NCBI GenBank assembly: GCA_036554765.1
Contig: DATBMQ010000126.1
Location: 1 to 45,564 of the forward strand
Direction of reading: 5' to 3'
From: Steroidobacteraceae bacterium
GTDB lineage: Bacteria > Pseudomonadota > Gammaproteobacteria > Steroidobacterales > Steroidobacteraceae
Length of the DNA: 45,564 nucleotides
How positions within the stretch are numbered: position 1 is the first letter of the stretch; each line of letters begins with the position of its first letter. Of the stretch, positions 1 to 8,612 are shown one piece after another. The notes under the pieces are model-generated. The model had not been told where the DNA came from and ran no database searches. It worked only from the letters and a program-made list of their open reading frames with translations. The translations under genes and the position numbers were made by a program.

Positions 1-522
1 GCGCCGCTGCGCCGTCAGGATGGCCACCGCCGCCAGGAAGACCAGCAGCGTAAACAGGGTCTCGGTGCGGCCGATCACGACGTTGGCCCAGGCCGTGCCC
101 TGCACGTACCAGACCAGCGTGCCCGCGAGCGTCACGAGCGGGCCGACGCCAAAGCGGCGCAGCAGCCAGGCGATCAGGAGGCCGGTCGCACAGAAGCACA
201 GGACTCCGGCGAGATGCGCAGCGTCCGCGGGTTCCAGGCCGATCGCCAGGAATCCCGTCATCGCCAATGGCATGCCCGGCGGAAACACCGTCTGCGGCGC
301 CGGCATCCGCTCCTGGATCAGCTGCTCCTCGTAGTACACGAGGCTGGACGACAATCCGGATCCGTCGAGCAGATTGCGGGCGACGTTCAGGTACTGGGCG
401 GCGTCGATATCCAGGTAGGCCGCGTCCTTCAGGCTGAACAGCCCGATGGCGACCGCCAGCGTGGCGATCGCGGGGAGTGCCAGATGCAGGACCACGCCTG
501 TTGGGGATTTGTCGCTTGTCAT
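1..522 (-). CDS. Integral membrane glycosyltransferase, GT-C fold (ArnT/PMT-like); 5' part only, gene runs off the left edge
   Basis: Absent from the ORF track because no stop lies in the window. The reverse complement of 1..522 is an open frame from ATG (522..520): MTSDKSPTGVVLHLALPAIATLAVAIGLFSLKDAAYLDIDAAQYLNVARNLLDGSG... It has several hydrophobic helices, and the acidic first loop DIDAAQYLNVARNL resembles the first periplasmic loop of ArnT/PMT-type enzymes. Codons are GC3-rich. Confidence 0.45.
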   Translation of the reverse strand, partial: MTSDKSPTGVVLHLALPAIATLAVAIGLFSLKDAAYLDIDAAQYLNVARNLLDGSGLSSSLVYYEEQLIQERMPAPQTVFPPGMPLAMTGFLAIGLEPADAAHLAGVLCFCATGLLIAWLLRRFGVGPLVTLAGTLVWYVQGTAWANVVIGRTETLFTLLVFLAAVAILTAQRR

Positions 523-612
523 GCAGGGGAACCGCGGCCCGATCGGCCAAAAAATCATAGCATCAGTGCTGCACGCGATGTGCCCGGCGCGGCGCCATGC
601 GCACCGTGACGC

Positions 613-650
613 ATGATCGCCGAGCCGCGCGTACGCGGCTGTGCGATCAT
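613..650. promoter_or_regulatory. 38-bp interrupted palindrome in a divergent intergenic region (operator or leader hairpin candidate)
   Basis: ATGATCGC cg AGCCGCG cgta CGCGGCT gt GCGATCAT. The 8-bp and 7-bp arms are perfectly complementary. It lies between the divergent starts at 522 (minus) and 732 (plus). Confidence 0.3.
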
Positions 651-731
651 TCCCGCAATCGCCCGCGCGCGGAATGCGCGCCGCCGTGACGGCCGTTTTA
701 TGTCGAACGCAGGCAAGAGGATGCTTCCACG

Positions 732-2627
732 ATGTGTGGGCTCGCCGGGCTGATCCATTTTGACGGCAGACCGGTGGCCACCGCCGTGCTCGAGCGCATG
801 GGCACCAGCCTGCAGCACCGCGGCCCCGACGATCGCGGCAATTTCGCCGAAGGCCCGGTCGGGTTTGCGTTCCGGCGACTGGCGATTCTCGATCTCTCGC
901 TCGCCGCGCACCAGCCAATGGAGCTGCACGGCGGCCGCTACGTGATGGTCTACAACGGCGAGATCTACAACTACCTCGAGTTGCGGCGGGAGCTGGAGCA
1001 GCGCGGCTGCACGTTCCGTTCCAGCGGGGATTCCGAGGTGCTGCTGCAGGCATACGCGACCTGGGGACGCGATTGCCTCACCCGGCTGAATGGCATGTGG
1101 GCATTCCTGATCTACGACCGCGATCGCGGGCTCGTATTCGGTGCGCGCGACCGGTTCGGCGTCAAGCCGCTCTACCGCCACCTGACCTCACGCGCGGTCT
1201 GCCTCGCCTCGGAGATCAAGGCGATCCGCGCATCGGGCGAGCATCGCGACGGCATCCACTGGCCGGTCGCGTCCCGGTTCCTCCTGCAGGGCCGGCTCGA
1301 CGAGGATGAGCGCACCTTCTACGAGAATGTCGAGCAGGTCCCGCCGGGACACGCGTTCGAGGTGACGCTCGGCGGCGAATGGAGGCAATGGGCGTACTGG
1401 TCCCTGGCCACCATCCCGCGCCGCGAGGTGCGCGAACCGGTTCAGGAGTTCCGCGACCTGTTCGAGGATGCGGTGCGCCTGCGCATGCGCAGCGACGTCC
1501 CGGTCGGCGTCTGCCTGTCCGGCGGGCTGGACTCGACCTCGATCATCTGCGCGATGGCCCGCAGCCGGTCCGCCGTGCCGGTGCAGGAGGCCAAGCCGCT
1601 GCTCGCGTTCTGCTACATGGCGGAGGAGTACGACGAGACCCGCTACATCGGCGACACGCTCGCGCAGACCGGCGCGGTGCTGAGACAGCTGCAAGTGGAC
1701 GCGCGTGGACTGTGGGACCGGCTGCCGGCTTTCCTGCGCTTCCAGGACGAACCCGTCCACTCGATGACCGCCATGATCGGCTACGAACTGATGCGGCTTG
1801 CCGCCACGAACGGCGTCAAGGTCGTGCTCAACGGCCAGGGCGCCGACGAAACCGCCGCAGGCTACTTCTCGTATTTCCGCGACCATTGGCGGACGCTGAT
1901 GATGGACGGGCACTGGATGACGGCCTGGAACGAGATCGGCAGCCACACGGCCGTGCACGGCGGCGGTCGCGCCGCGCCGGCCGTGACAGCGCTCAAGGAG
2001 GCTTGCCTGTGGCGCCTCCACCGCCTGCCCGCGTACCGCAGGATGGTCGCCGGGCGCCGCCTGCACCGCGCGCGTTCCAATTCCTGGTTTCACCGCGATC
2101 TCACCGCGGCGCTCGCGGCCGACGGGTTCGAGGGCATGGATGGCCGTCTCGACACCTCGCTCAGGCATTCGGTGCAGGTGGCGCCGCTGCCGATCTACCT
2201 GCGGGTCGAGGACCGCAACTCGATGGCGCACTCGGTCGAGGCGCGACTGCCGTTCATGGACTACCGGCTGGTCAGCCTGCTGTCCTGCGTCGGTCCCGAA
2301 TGGAAGCTGCGCGGCCCCTGGAACAAGTTCGTCCTGCGCGAGGCGATGCGCGGACGCATCCCGGAATCCGTCCGCGCGCGCGTGGACAAGATGGGCTTCC
2401 CGACGCCGGTCGGCAAGTGGCTGGCCGGTGAGTTGCTGGAGCCGGTCCAGGACCTGCTCGCGAGCCGCGCGGCCCGTGAACGCGGCATCTACGACACCGA
2501 TGCGATCCTGCGCGACCTGCGGCGTCACGCCCAGGGCCAGGTGGACGTGTCGAAGAGCCTGTTCGACGTGGCGCAATTCGAGACCTGGGCGGGCAACCTG
2601 GCGGCGCCGCTGCCCGCGACCCCGTGA
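732..2627 (+). CDS. Asparagine synthase family amidotransferase (glutamine-hydrolysing), paralogue 1
   Basis: 631-aa ORF. The N-terminus MCGLAG carries Cys2, the Ntn amidotransferase nucleophile. Also present: HRGPDD, FRRLAILD, YNGEIYNY and the synthetase PP-loop CLSGGLDSTS. An SD-like aagagga lies about 10 nt upstream of the ATG. Confidence 0.9.
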   Translation: MCGLAGLIHFDGRPVATAVLERMGTSLQHRGPDDRGNFAEGPVGFAFRRLAILDLSLAAHQPMELHGGRYVMVYNGEIYNYLELRRELEQRGCTFRSSGDSEVLLQAYATWGRDCLTRLNGMWAFLIYDRDRGLVFGARDRFGVKPLYRHLTSRAVCLASEIKAIRASGEHRDGIHWPVASRFLLQGRLDEDERTFYENVEQVPPGHAFEVTLGGEWRQWAYWSLATIPRREVREPVQEFRDLFEDAVRLRMRSDVPVGVCLSGGLDSTSIICAMARSRSAVPVQEAKPLLAFCYMAEEYDETRYIGDTLAQTGAVLRQLQVDARGLWDRLPAFLRFQDEPVHSMTAMIGYELMRLAATNGVKVVLNGQGADETAAGYFSYFRDHWRTLMMDGHWMTAWNEIGSHTAVHGGGRAAPAVTALKEACLWRLHRLPAYRRMVAGRRLHRARSNSWFHRDLTAALAADGFEGMDGRLDTSLRHSVQVAPLPIYLRVEDRNSMAHSVEARLPFMDYRLVSLLSCVGPEWKLRGPWNKFVLREAMRGRIPESVRARVDKMGFPTPVGKWLAGELLEPVQDLLASRAARERGIYDTDAILRDLRRHAQGQVDVSKSLFDVAQFETWAGNLAAPLPATP

Positions 2628-2631
2628 GGCG

Positions 2632-4176
2632 TCAGTCGCGGCCCGCCAGCCGCCGGAGCCTGCCGCGCAGATAGTCGAGTGCTTCGCGCTCGGCGGACTG
2701 GGGCCTGCCGCAGGCCAGCCACAGCAGTGCGATCGCGCCGGCATAGGCGGCCGCGCCGACTGCCACGGCCTCCCCGAGGCCGGCCAGCAGCGCCAGCGGC
2801 GGGCTGTCGGCCCCCAGTGCCCCGGGCCTGACCGTTTCCACGACGAGGTACATCGCGACGGCCGCCAGCGCCGGACGCCAGACGGCGCCCGCGAGCGCGG
2901 CAATCGGGACGCCGGTGACCATGCGCACCATCGCGAAGCCCACGGGCAGCGACGCGATGCATGCCGTCAGGTGCGCGAGCGCGGCGCCGACGGCCCCTTG
3001 CGGGGGCACGAACACGAACATGGCGGGCACCATGACCGCCAGGTGGAAGAGATTCAGGTACACCAGGAACCTGAAGCGCTGGGTCGCCATGAAGACCGAC
3101 CAGCAGCTGATCTGCAGCGCGGTGGAGACGCCGGCGATGGCCAGCAGCTGGATCACGGGAACGGTCGCCAGCCACGAGCTGCCGAGCAGCAGCGGTACGG
3201 CATCGTCGGCGACGACGGCGAGCCCCACGCTCGCCGGAATCGCCAGCAGCGACACCAGGCCGACGGCCCGCACGAACCCCCAGCCCAGTCGCGGCAGGTC
3301 TTCCGCCATCTTCGAGTAGCCGGGAAACAACGCACGGTTGACCGGCATGACGAGTTCCGTGCTCGGCATGCTCGCGAGCTCGTTCGCCATCGTGAACACG
3401 CCGAGCGCGCCCGGGCCGTGCAGCCTGCCGGTCAGGAAATCGGTCAACCGCAGTCGCAGGAATACCAGGAAATTGTAGAGCGCCAGCCATTTCGAGAAAT
3501 GGAAGAACTCCCGGAACCGCTCCAGCGAGAAGCGCGGCCGGTAGGGGCTCATCACGAAACTCAGGACCACGCCGCCCAGGCGCATCGACAGCAGCCCGGC
3601 GACCAGCGCCCAGTGGTTACGCCACAGCAGCGCGAGCGGCACCGTCGTGACGAGGCTGATCACCTTCTTGCCGAGCACGAACGCCACGTCCCGGTTGAAC
3701 TGCAGGTTGCGGCGAAAATCGATGGTGCCGATGTTCTCGAAGCCGTACAGGAGCGGCGTCAGCGAGAGCAGCGCCAGCACCGGCGCCAGTTCCGGCGTCC
3801 GGAAGTAGGCTGCCGCCGGCCAGGACAACGCCACGATCACCACGAACAACGCCGCGCCCAGCATGACGTTGATGGTCCAGGCGGTGTTGTAGTCGGCGCG
3901 GTCCACCCGCGCCTTGCTGATGAGGACCGTGTCGACGCCCGACGCGGTCAGCGTCTCCATGAAGGCGATGACGACGGTCGCCATGGCGACGAGGCCGTAG
4001 TCCGCTGGCACCAGCAGCCGGGCCAGGATCAGCGTGCTGACGATGCCCAGCACGCGCTCGCCGACGCGCATGCCGATGGCCCAGACCGCGGCCCGGGCGA
4101 CCCTGCCGCTGAGCGAGGCGGCCGGCGGATCCTGCGGCGGCCCGCGCGAGGACGGGTCCGGGCCGGCGGCGGTCAA
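2632..4176 (-). CDS. Wzx-like polysaccharide flippase (MOP/PST family)
   Basis: 514-aa ORF with many hydrophobic helices. The N-terminal VWAIGMRVGERVLGIVSTLILARLLVPADYGLVAM is typical of Wzx/RfbX. TTG at 4176 is the only start codon upstream of this conserved helix. Confidence 0.8.
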   Translation of the reverse strand: MTAAGPDPSSRGPPQDPPAASLSGRVARAAVWAIGMRVGERVLGIVSTLILARLLVPADYGLVAMATVVIAFMETLTASGVDTVLISKARVDRADYNTAWTINVMLGAALFVVIVALSWPAAAYFRTPELAPVLALLSLTPLLYGFENIGTIDFRRNLQFNRDVAFVLGKKVISLVTTVPLALLWRNHWALVAGLLSMRLGGVVLSFVMSPYRPRFSLERFREFFHFSKWLALYNFLVFLRLRLTDFLTGRLHGPGALGVFTMANELASMPSTELVMPVNRALFPGYSKMAEDLPRLGWGFVRAVGLVSLLAIPASVGLAVVADDAVPLLLGSSWLATVPVIQLLAIAGVSTALQISCWSVFMATQRFRFLVYLNLFHLAVMVPAMFVFVPPQGAVGAALAHLTACIASLPVGFAMVRMVTGVPIAALAGAVWRPALAAVAMYLVVETVRPGALGADSPPLALLAGLGEAVAVGAAAYAGAIALLWLACGRPQSAEREALDYLRGRLRRLAGRD

Positions 4177-4310
4177 CGGCGACCCGTGCTGCGAACGGAC
4201 CGGATCGGCATTCCGCAGTGCCGGGCAGCGCGACCCGATTCACAAAATGCCGCTAGACTGCCCATTACGATATCGATCACCCGATGTCCCCATTCCCGAC
4301 CGGCCAGCCG

Positions 4311-5897
4311 ATGACCCGACTCCTGCATGAATTGCCGCTCGACAGCGCCGCGCGCCGGGGCGAGGCGACTTGCCTCCTGCACCGGAACGCGACGCTCGAC
4401 TACGCCGCGCTCGCCTCCGCGATCGAAGCCTTCGCGCGCGGCGTCGTCGGCCTCGGCCTGGCGCGCCACGACCGCGTCGCCGTGTTCCTGCCCAAGCAGT
4501 TCGAGACCGTGATCTCGATGTTCGGCGCCGTGCGCGCGGGCTGCGTATTCGTCCCGGTCAACCCGCTGCTCAAGCCGCCCCAGGTCCAGCACATCCTGCG
4601 CGATTGCGGCGTGCGCGCGCTCGTCACCTCGCCGGATCGGCTGGTCGCACTCGCCGGCGCGCTGGACCACTGCCCCGAACTGCGCCACGTCATCGTCACG
4701 GGCGCCGTACCGGACGGCACCGACCCGCTGCAGGCGGGGCCGGTCGCATGGGAGACCCTGCTCGCGGCCGGGCACACGCGACTGCCCCATCGCGTCATCG
4801 ACCTGGACATGGCGGCCATCCTGTACACGTCCGGCAGCACCGGCCGGCCGAAGGGCGTCGTGCTCTCGCATCGGAACATGGTAACCGGGGCCGTGAGCGT
4901 TGCGCAGTATCTCGAGAACCGGCCGGACGACCGTCTGCTCGCGGTGCTGCCGTTCAGCTTCGACTACGGCTTCAGCCAGCTCTCGACCGCGTTCCGGGTC
5001 GGCGCCAGCGTGGTGCTGATGGACTACCTGTTCCCGCGCGACATCGTCACGCTCATGGCCCGCGAGGCGGTCACGGGCCTGGCCGGCGTGCCGCCGCTCT
5101 GGTCGCAACTCGCGGACCTGGAATGGCCGGCGGATGCGACCCGGCGGCTGCGCTACTTCACCAACTCCGGCGGCACCATGCCACGCGCGGTGCTCGAGAA
5201 GCTGCGGCGCGCGCTGCCCGGGGCGAAGCCCTATCTCATGTACGGTCTCACCGAGGCGTTCCGCTCGACCTACCTGCCGGTCGCGGATATCGACCGCAAG
5301 CCCGGTTCGATCGGCAAGGCGATTCCCAACGCCGAGATCCTCGTGGTGAGGCCGGACGGGACGCCGTGCGACGCGGACGAGCCCGGCGAGCTCGTACATC
5401 GCGGCTCGCTGGTCGCGATGGGCTACTGGAACGATCCGGAAAAGACCGCGGAGCGGTTCCGGCCGGCGCCGGGCCGGCCGGACGGCATCGTGATTCCGGA
5501 AATGTCCGTCTGGTCGGGCGACACGGTGCGGATGGACGCCGAGGGGTACCTCTATTTCGTCGGGCGCAGGGACGAGATGATCAAGACCTCGGGCTACCGC
5601 ATCAGCCCGTCGGAGATCGAGGAGGTGGCGTTCGCCTCCGGACTGGTCGCCGATGCAGTCGCGATCGGCGTGGCCCACCCGGAGCTTGGCCACTCGATCG
5701 TGCTGGTGGTCACCGCCGCACAGGGCAAGCCGCCGTCCGACGGGCTGCTCTACGAGGTCTGTCGCCGCGAACTGCCCGCATTCATGGTGCCGGCGCGGAT
5801 CGAGTGGCGCGACTCGTTGCCCAGGAATTCGAACGGCAAGTACGACCGGGTGCTGCTCGCCCGCGAGCTGGGCCAGGCCGCAGGTACCGGCGGATGA
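4311..5897 (+). CDS. Acyl-CoA ligase-like adenylating enzyme (AMP-forming), exosortase A system-associated type
   Basis: ANL core motifs are present: LYTSGSTGRPKGV, YGLTE, GYLYFVGRRDEMIKTSGYRISPSEIE and the terminal NSNGK lysine. I prefer ATG 4311 (MTRLLHEL...) over the track start 4284; neither has a clear SD. Confidence 0.85.
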   Translation: MTRLLHELPLDSAARRGEATCLLHRNATLDYAALASAIEAFARGVVGLGLARHDRVAVFLPKQFETVISMFGAVRAGCVFVPVNPLLKPPQVQHILRDCGVRALVTSPDRLVALAGALDHCPELRHVIVTGAVPDGTDPLQAGPVAWETLLAAGHTRLPHRVIDLDMAAILYTSGSTGRPKGVVLSHRNMVTGAVSVAQYLENRPDDRLLAVLPFSFDYGFSQLSTAFRVGASVVLMDYLFPRDIVTLMAREAVTGLAGVPPLWSQLADLEWPADATRRLRYFTNSGGTMPRAVLEKLRRALPGAKPYLMYGLTEAFRSTYLPVADIDRKPGSIGKAIPNAEILVVRPDGTPCDADEPGELVHRGSLVAMGYWNDPEKTAERFRPAPGRPDGIVIPEMSVWSGDTVRMDAEGYLYFVGRRDEMIKTSGYRISPSEIEEVAFASGLVADAVAIGVAHPELGHSIVLVVTAAQGKPPSDGLLYEVCRRELPAFMVPARIEWRDSLPRNSNGKYDRVLLARELGQAAGTGG

Positions 5898-7129
5898 CGC
5901 TGGAGTTCACGCAGCACGAGACCCATCCGTGGTTCGACGTGAGGGACGACGTGCTTTGCGTCGGCTCCGTGCCGGTGACGGAGATCGCGCGCCGCGCCGG
6001 CCGCACTCCGTTCTACGCCTACGACCGCGGCGTCATGACCCGCAAGGTGGGCATGCTGCGGGAGGTGCTGCCGGACGGACTGCACATTCACTACGCGGTC
6101 AAGGCCAACCCGATGGCGGAAGTCGTGCGCCACTTCGTCGGCCTCGTCGATGGCCTCGACGTGGCCTCCGGCGGCGAACTTGCCGTGGCGCTCGCCGCCG
6201 GCGCCGCGCCCTCCAGCATCAGCTTCGCCGGGCCGGGCAAGAGCATCGCCGAACTGCGCCAGGCGGTCGACGCCGGCATCACGATCAATGCGGAGTCGCC
6301 GCGCGAACTGCGCGAGCTGGCGGCCATCGCGCGGCAGGCCGGGTGCCGGCCGCGGGTCGCATTGCGGGTCAATCCCGATTTCGAGCTCAGGTCTTCCGGC
6401 ATGAAGATGGGCGGCGGCCCCAGGCAGTTCGGCATCGATGCCGAAGCCGTGCCGGAACTGCTGCAACAGTTCGGGTCCATGCCACTCGAGTTCCGCGGCT
6501 TCCACATCTTCTGCGGTTCGCAGAACCTGCGGCCGGAGTCGATCGTGGAAGCGCAGGACCGGACGGTCGAACTGGCGCTGCGCCTGGCCGACGCGGCGCC
6601 GGGCCCGGTGCGCATGCTCAACCTGGGCGGAGGACTGGGCATCCCCTACTTCCCCGGCGAGCGGTCGCTGGACCTGGCGCCGGTCGGCCGCAACCTCGCG
6701 CGGCTGCTGCCGTCCATCCGGGGCCGCATGCCTGAGGCGGAAGTCATCATCGAACTGGGCCGCTACCTGGTCGGGGAGTCGGGCGTGTACGTATGCCGGG
6801 TCCTGGACCGCAAGATCTCCCGCGGCCAGGTGTTCCTCGTGACCGACGGCGGACTGCACCATCACCTGGCCGCTTCCGGCAATTTCGGGCAGGTGCTGCG
6901 CAAGAACTATCCGGTGGTCATCGCCAACCGCGTGCTCGGCACCCGGCGCGAGACGGCTTCCGTGGTGGGTCCGCTGTGCACGCCGCTCGACCTGCTCGCC
7001 GATCGCATGGACCTGGCCGAGGCGCAGGAAGGCGACCTGGTCGCCATCCTCCAGAGCGGCGCCTACGGGATGACGGCGAGCCCGCAGGCGTTCCTGAGTC
7101 ATCCCCGGCCCGCTGAAATCCTCGTCTGA
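5894..7129 (+). CDS. PLP-dependent decarboxylase (Orn/DAP/Arg decarboxylase fold-type III), exosortase A system-associated type
   Basis: This is the real gene inside the 919-aa track ORF 4370..7129. ATG 5894 overlaps the ligase stop (ATGA). Motifs: HYAVKANP (PLP lysine), GGGLGIPY, ELGRYLVGESG, CTPLD. Confidence 0.85.
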   Translation: MTLEFTQHETHPWFDVRDDVLCVGSVPVTEIARRAGRTPFYAYDRGVMTRKVGMLREVLPDGLHIHYAVKANPMAEVVRHFVGLVDGLDVASGGELAVALAAGAAPSSISFAGPGKSIAELRQAVDAGITINAESPRELRELAAIARQAGCRPRVALRVNPDFELRSSGMKMGGGPRQFGIDAEAVPELLQQFGSMPLEFRGFHIFCGSQNLRPESIVEAQDRTVELALRLADAAPGPVRMLNLGGGLGIPYFPGERSLDLAPVGRNLARLLPSIRGRMPEAEVIIELGRYLVGESGVYVCRVLDRKISRGQVFLVTDGGLHHHLAASGNFGQVLRKNYPVVIANRVLGTRRETASVVGPLCTPLDLLADRMDLAEAQEGDLVAILQSGAYGMTASPQAFLSHPRPAEILV

Positions 7130-8451
7130 GCCGGCCCGCGCGGCCTCATCCCGGGCGCGCCGGACTCCGCGCCGGCACGCCGCTGCTGCTCCGCCGCATC
7201 CAGCTTGATGATCACCATCAGGAAGGCGAGGAACCAGACGCGGACTTCCAGCTTCAGGTAATCCACGAACATGTCGCCCACGAACACCGCGATCAGGCTG
7301 GCCGCGACGGCCGGATAGATCGACGCCAGGAAATCGTCGCGTCCGGACAGCGATCGTCGCAGCGCGACGATCCTGCGGCCGACCCAGACGGCGGCGACGA
7401 TGTAGAAGACCGCCCCGAAGATTCCCTGCTCCACCAGCATCGTCATGAACGTGTTGTGCGACGATCGGGCCAGTTCGTCGCCGGTGCGCACGAGGTAGAC
7501 GGCGTCGAGGTACTGCGGGCTCAGCGTCGCCGTACAGCGATGGCCGCAGCCCATCGGGTGCTCCGCGAACATGCTCCACTGGGCATCCAGGACCGCGACC
7601 CGCGCGGCGCCGGTGTCGACGCCCGTGACCTTTTCACCCAGGTGCGTGATGGTCCCCATGCGGGACCAGTACACCGGATTCGTCACCAGCACGAACAGCG
7701 TCAGCGCCAGCACCGACAGCACCCGCACGCGCGCCACGTAGCGCTTCGGGGCGAGGAAGTTGAAGACCAGCCCGGCGATCACGAGCGCCAGGAAGCCGCT
7801 GCGGCTCTGCGTGGCGACCAGCGCGTTGACGATCAGCGGCACGATCAGGAACAGCACGATCTTCTGTCGCCTGGATCCGGCCAGGAACATCGCCGCCGCG
7901 GCCGAAATGCCGGTCACGACCTGCAGTGCGCCGGAATTGGCCTCGTTGATGTCCGGACCGCCAAACCCCTCGAAGCGGCCGCCGAAATACTGCTCGAGGA
8001 CGATGAGTCCGAGATACAGGCAACCCAGGATATGGGCCCAGATCAGCAGGCGCAGGTGCGCGACGGACTCGATGCAGCGGTACATCAGGCCGACCAGCAG
8101 CAGGTACTTCGCATACACCACGACCAGTTCCACGTGCATGTCGAGGTCGAGCGCCCACGACGTCTGCAGGCCGATCCAGAGCAGGAAGACCAGCAGGCCG
8201 ACCATCACGCGGTGACGGAAGAACGGGCTGGGGTCGAGCTTGTCGCGATGGATGATCGACGCCGCCAGGGTGACGACGGCCGCCAGCAGTGACCAGCGCA
8301 GGTCCGGCAGCCCCTCGCCCCACCAGCGGGACGGCGGGTGCAGGTAGAAGACGCCGATGTAGGTCACCAGCCCGTAGATGGGGTGGCGCGCCAGCGCCAT
8401 CAGGCAGCCGCCGAAGTACGCCCCAAGGAATACGAGCCCAGTCAACGACAC
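7099..8451 (-). CDS. O-antigen ligase-like (Wzy_C) membrane protein; putative O-glycosylation ligase, exosortase A-associated type
   Basis: 450-aa ORF with a GTG start. It has about 10 or more TM helices and a large loop (TGVDTGAARVAVLDAQWSMFAEHPMGCGH) as in the O-antigen ligase/polymerase family. Its 3' end overlaps the decarboxylase 3' end by 31 nt. Confidence 0.7.
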   Translation of the reverse strand: MSLTGLVFLGAYFGGCLMALARHPIYGLVTYIGVFYLHPPSRWWGEGLPDLRWSLLAAVVTLAASIIHRDKLDPSPFFRHRVMVGLLVFLLWIGLQTSWALDLDMHVELVVVYAKYLLLVGLMYRCIESVAHLRLLIWAHILGCLYLGLIVLEQYFGGRFEGFGGPDINEANSGALQVVTGISAAAAMFLAGSRRQKIVLFLIVPLIVNALVATQSRSGFLALVIAGLVFNFLAPKRYVARVRVLSVLALTLFVLVTNPVYWSRMGTITHLGEKVTGVDTGAARVAVLDAQWSMFAEHPMGCGHRCTATLSPQYLDAVYLVRTGDELARSSHNTFMTMLVEQGIFGAVFYIVAAVWVGRRIVALRRSLSGRDDFLASIYPAVAASLIAVFVGDMFVDYLKLEVRVWFLAFLMVIIKLDAAEQQRRAGAESGAPGMRPRGPAQTRISAGRG

Positions 8452-8507
8452 GCTTGCTATCCGTGGCCACGGAACGGGATCAACGGTGCTGGCGGTTGAT
8501 TCTGACC

Positions 8508-8544
8508 GAAATCCGCGGACTTAGCCCGTCCGCGGCGGGATTTC
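8508..8544. other. Bulged GC-rich hairpin in the 161-bp gap between the Kelch-like gene and the O-antigen-ligase-like gene
   Basis: GAAAT CCGCGGA cttagcccg TCCGCGG cggg ATTTC: a 7-bp inner stem plus a 5-bp outer stem with a 4-nt bulge. No T-tract follows on the minus strand. Confidence 0.25.
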
Positions 8545-8612
8545 ACGACTCGCCGCAAGCGGTCGCCGCGGTTGCGTGGCCGGGCGCAGCGCCCCTGCGC
8601 TGCCGCCGCTCT

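Noticed and set aside
1188-2903. 571-aa minus-strand ORF
   Set aside because: It is antisense to AsnB paralogue 1, which has unmistakable MCG, PP-loop and other motifs. The shadow product is Arg/Ala/Pro-rich and featureless.
2140-4314. 724-aa plus-strand ORF
   Set aside because: It is antisense to the Wzx-like flippase gene. The product is an Arg/Gly/His/Gln/Asp-rich low-complexity string with no motif. This is a typical shadow frame of a high-GC gene, whereas the opposite strand encodes a coherent polytopic membrane protein.
4370-5893. 5' two-thirds of the 919-aa ORF 4370..7129, which might suggest a giant fusion protein
   Set aside because: This part is an alternative frame of the acyl-CoA ligase gene and reads as an Arg/Pro/Ala/Gly string. 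Decarboxylase homology starts only at ATG 5894, which overlaps the ligase stop.
8451-8470. Sigma-54-like element on the minus strand (TGGCCACGGATAGCAA)
   Set aside because: The GG-to-GC spacing is one nucleotide short of the strict -24/-12 geometry, and TTGC is replaced by AGCA. The element also abuts the GTG start codon, leaving no room for a leader.
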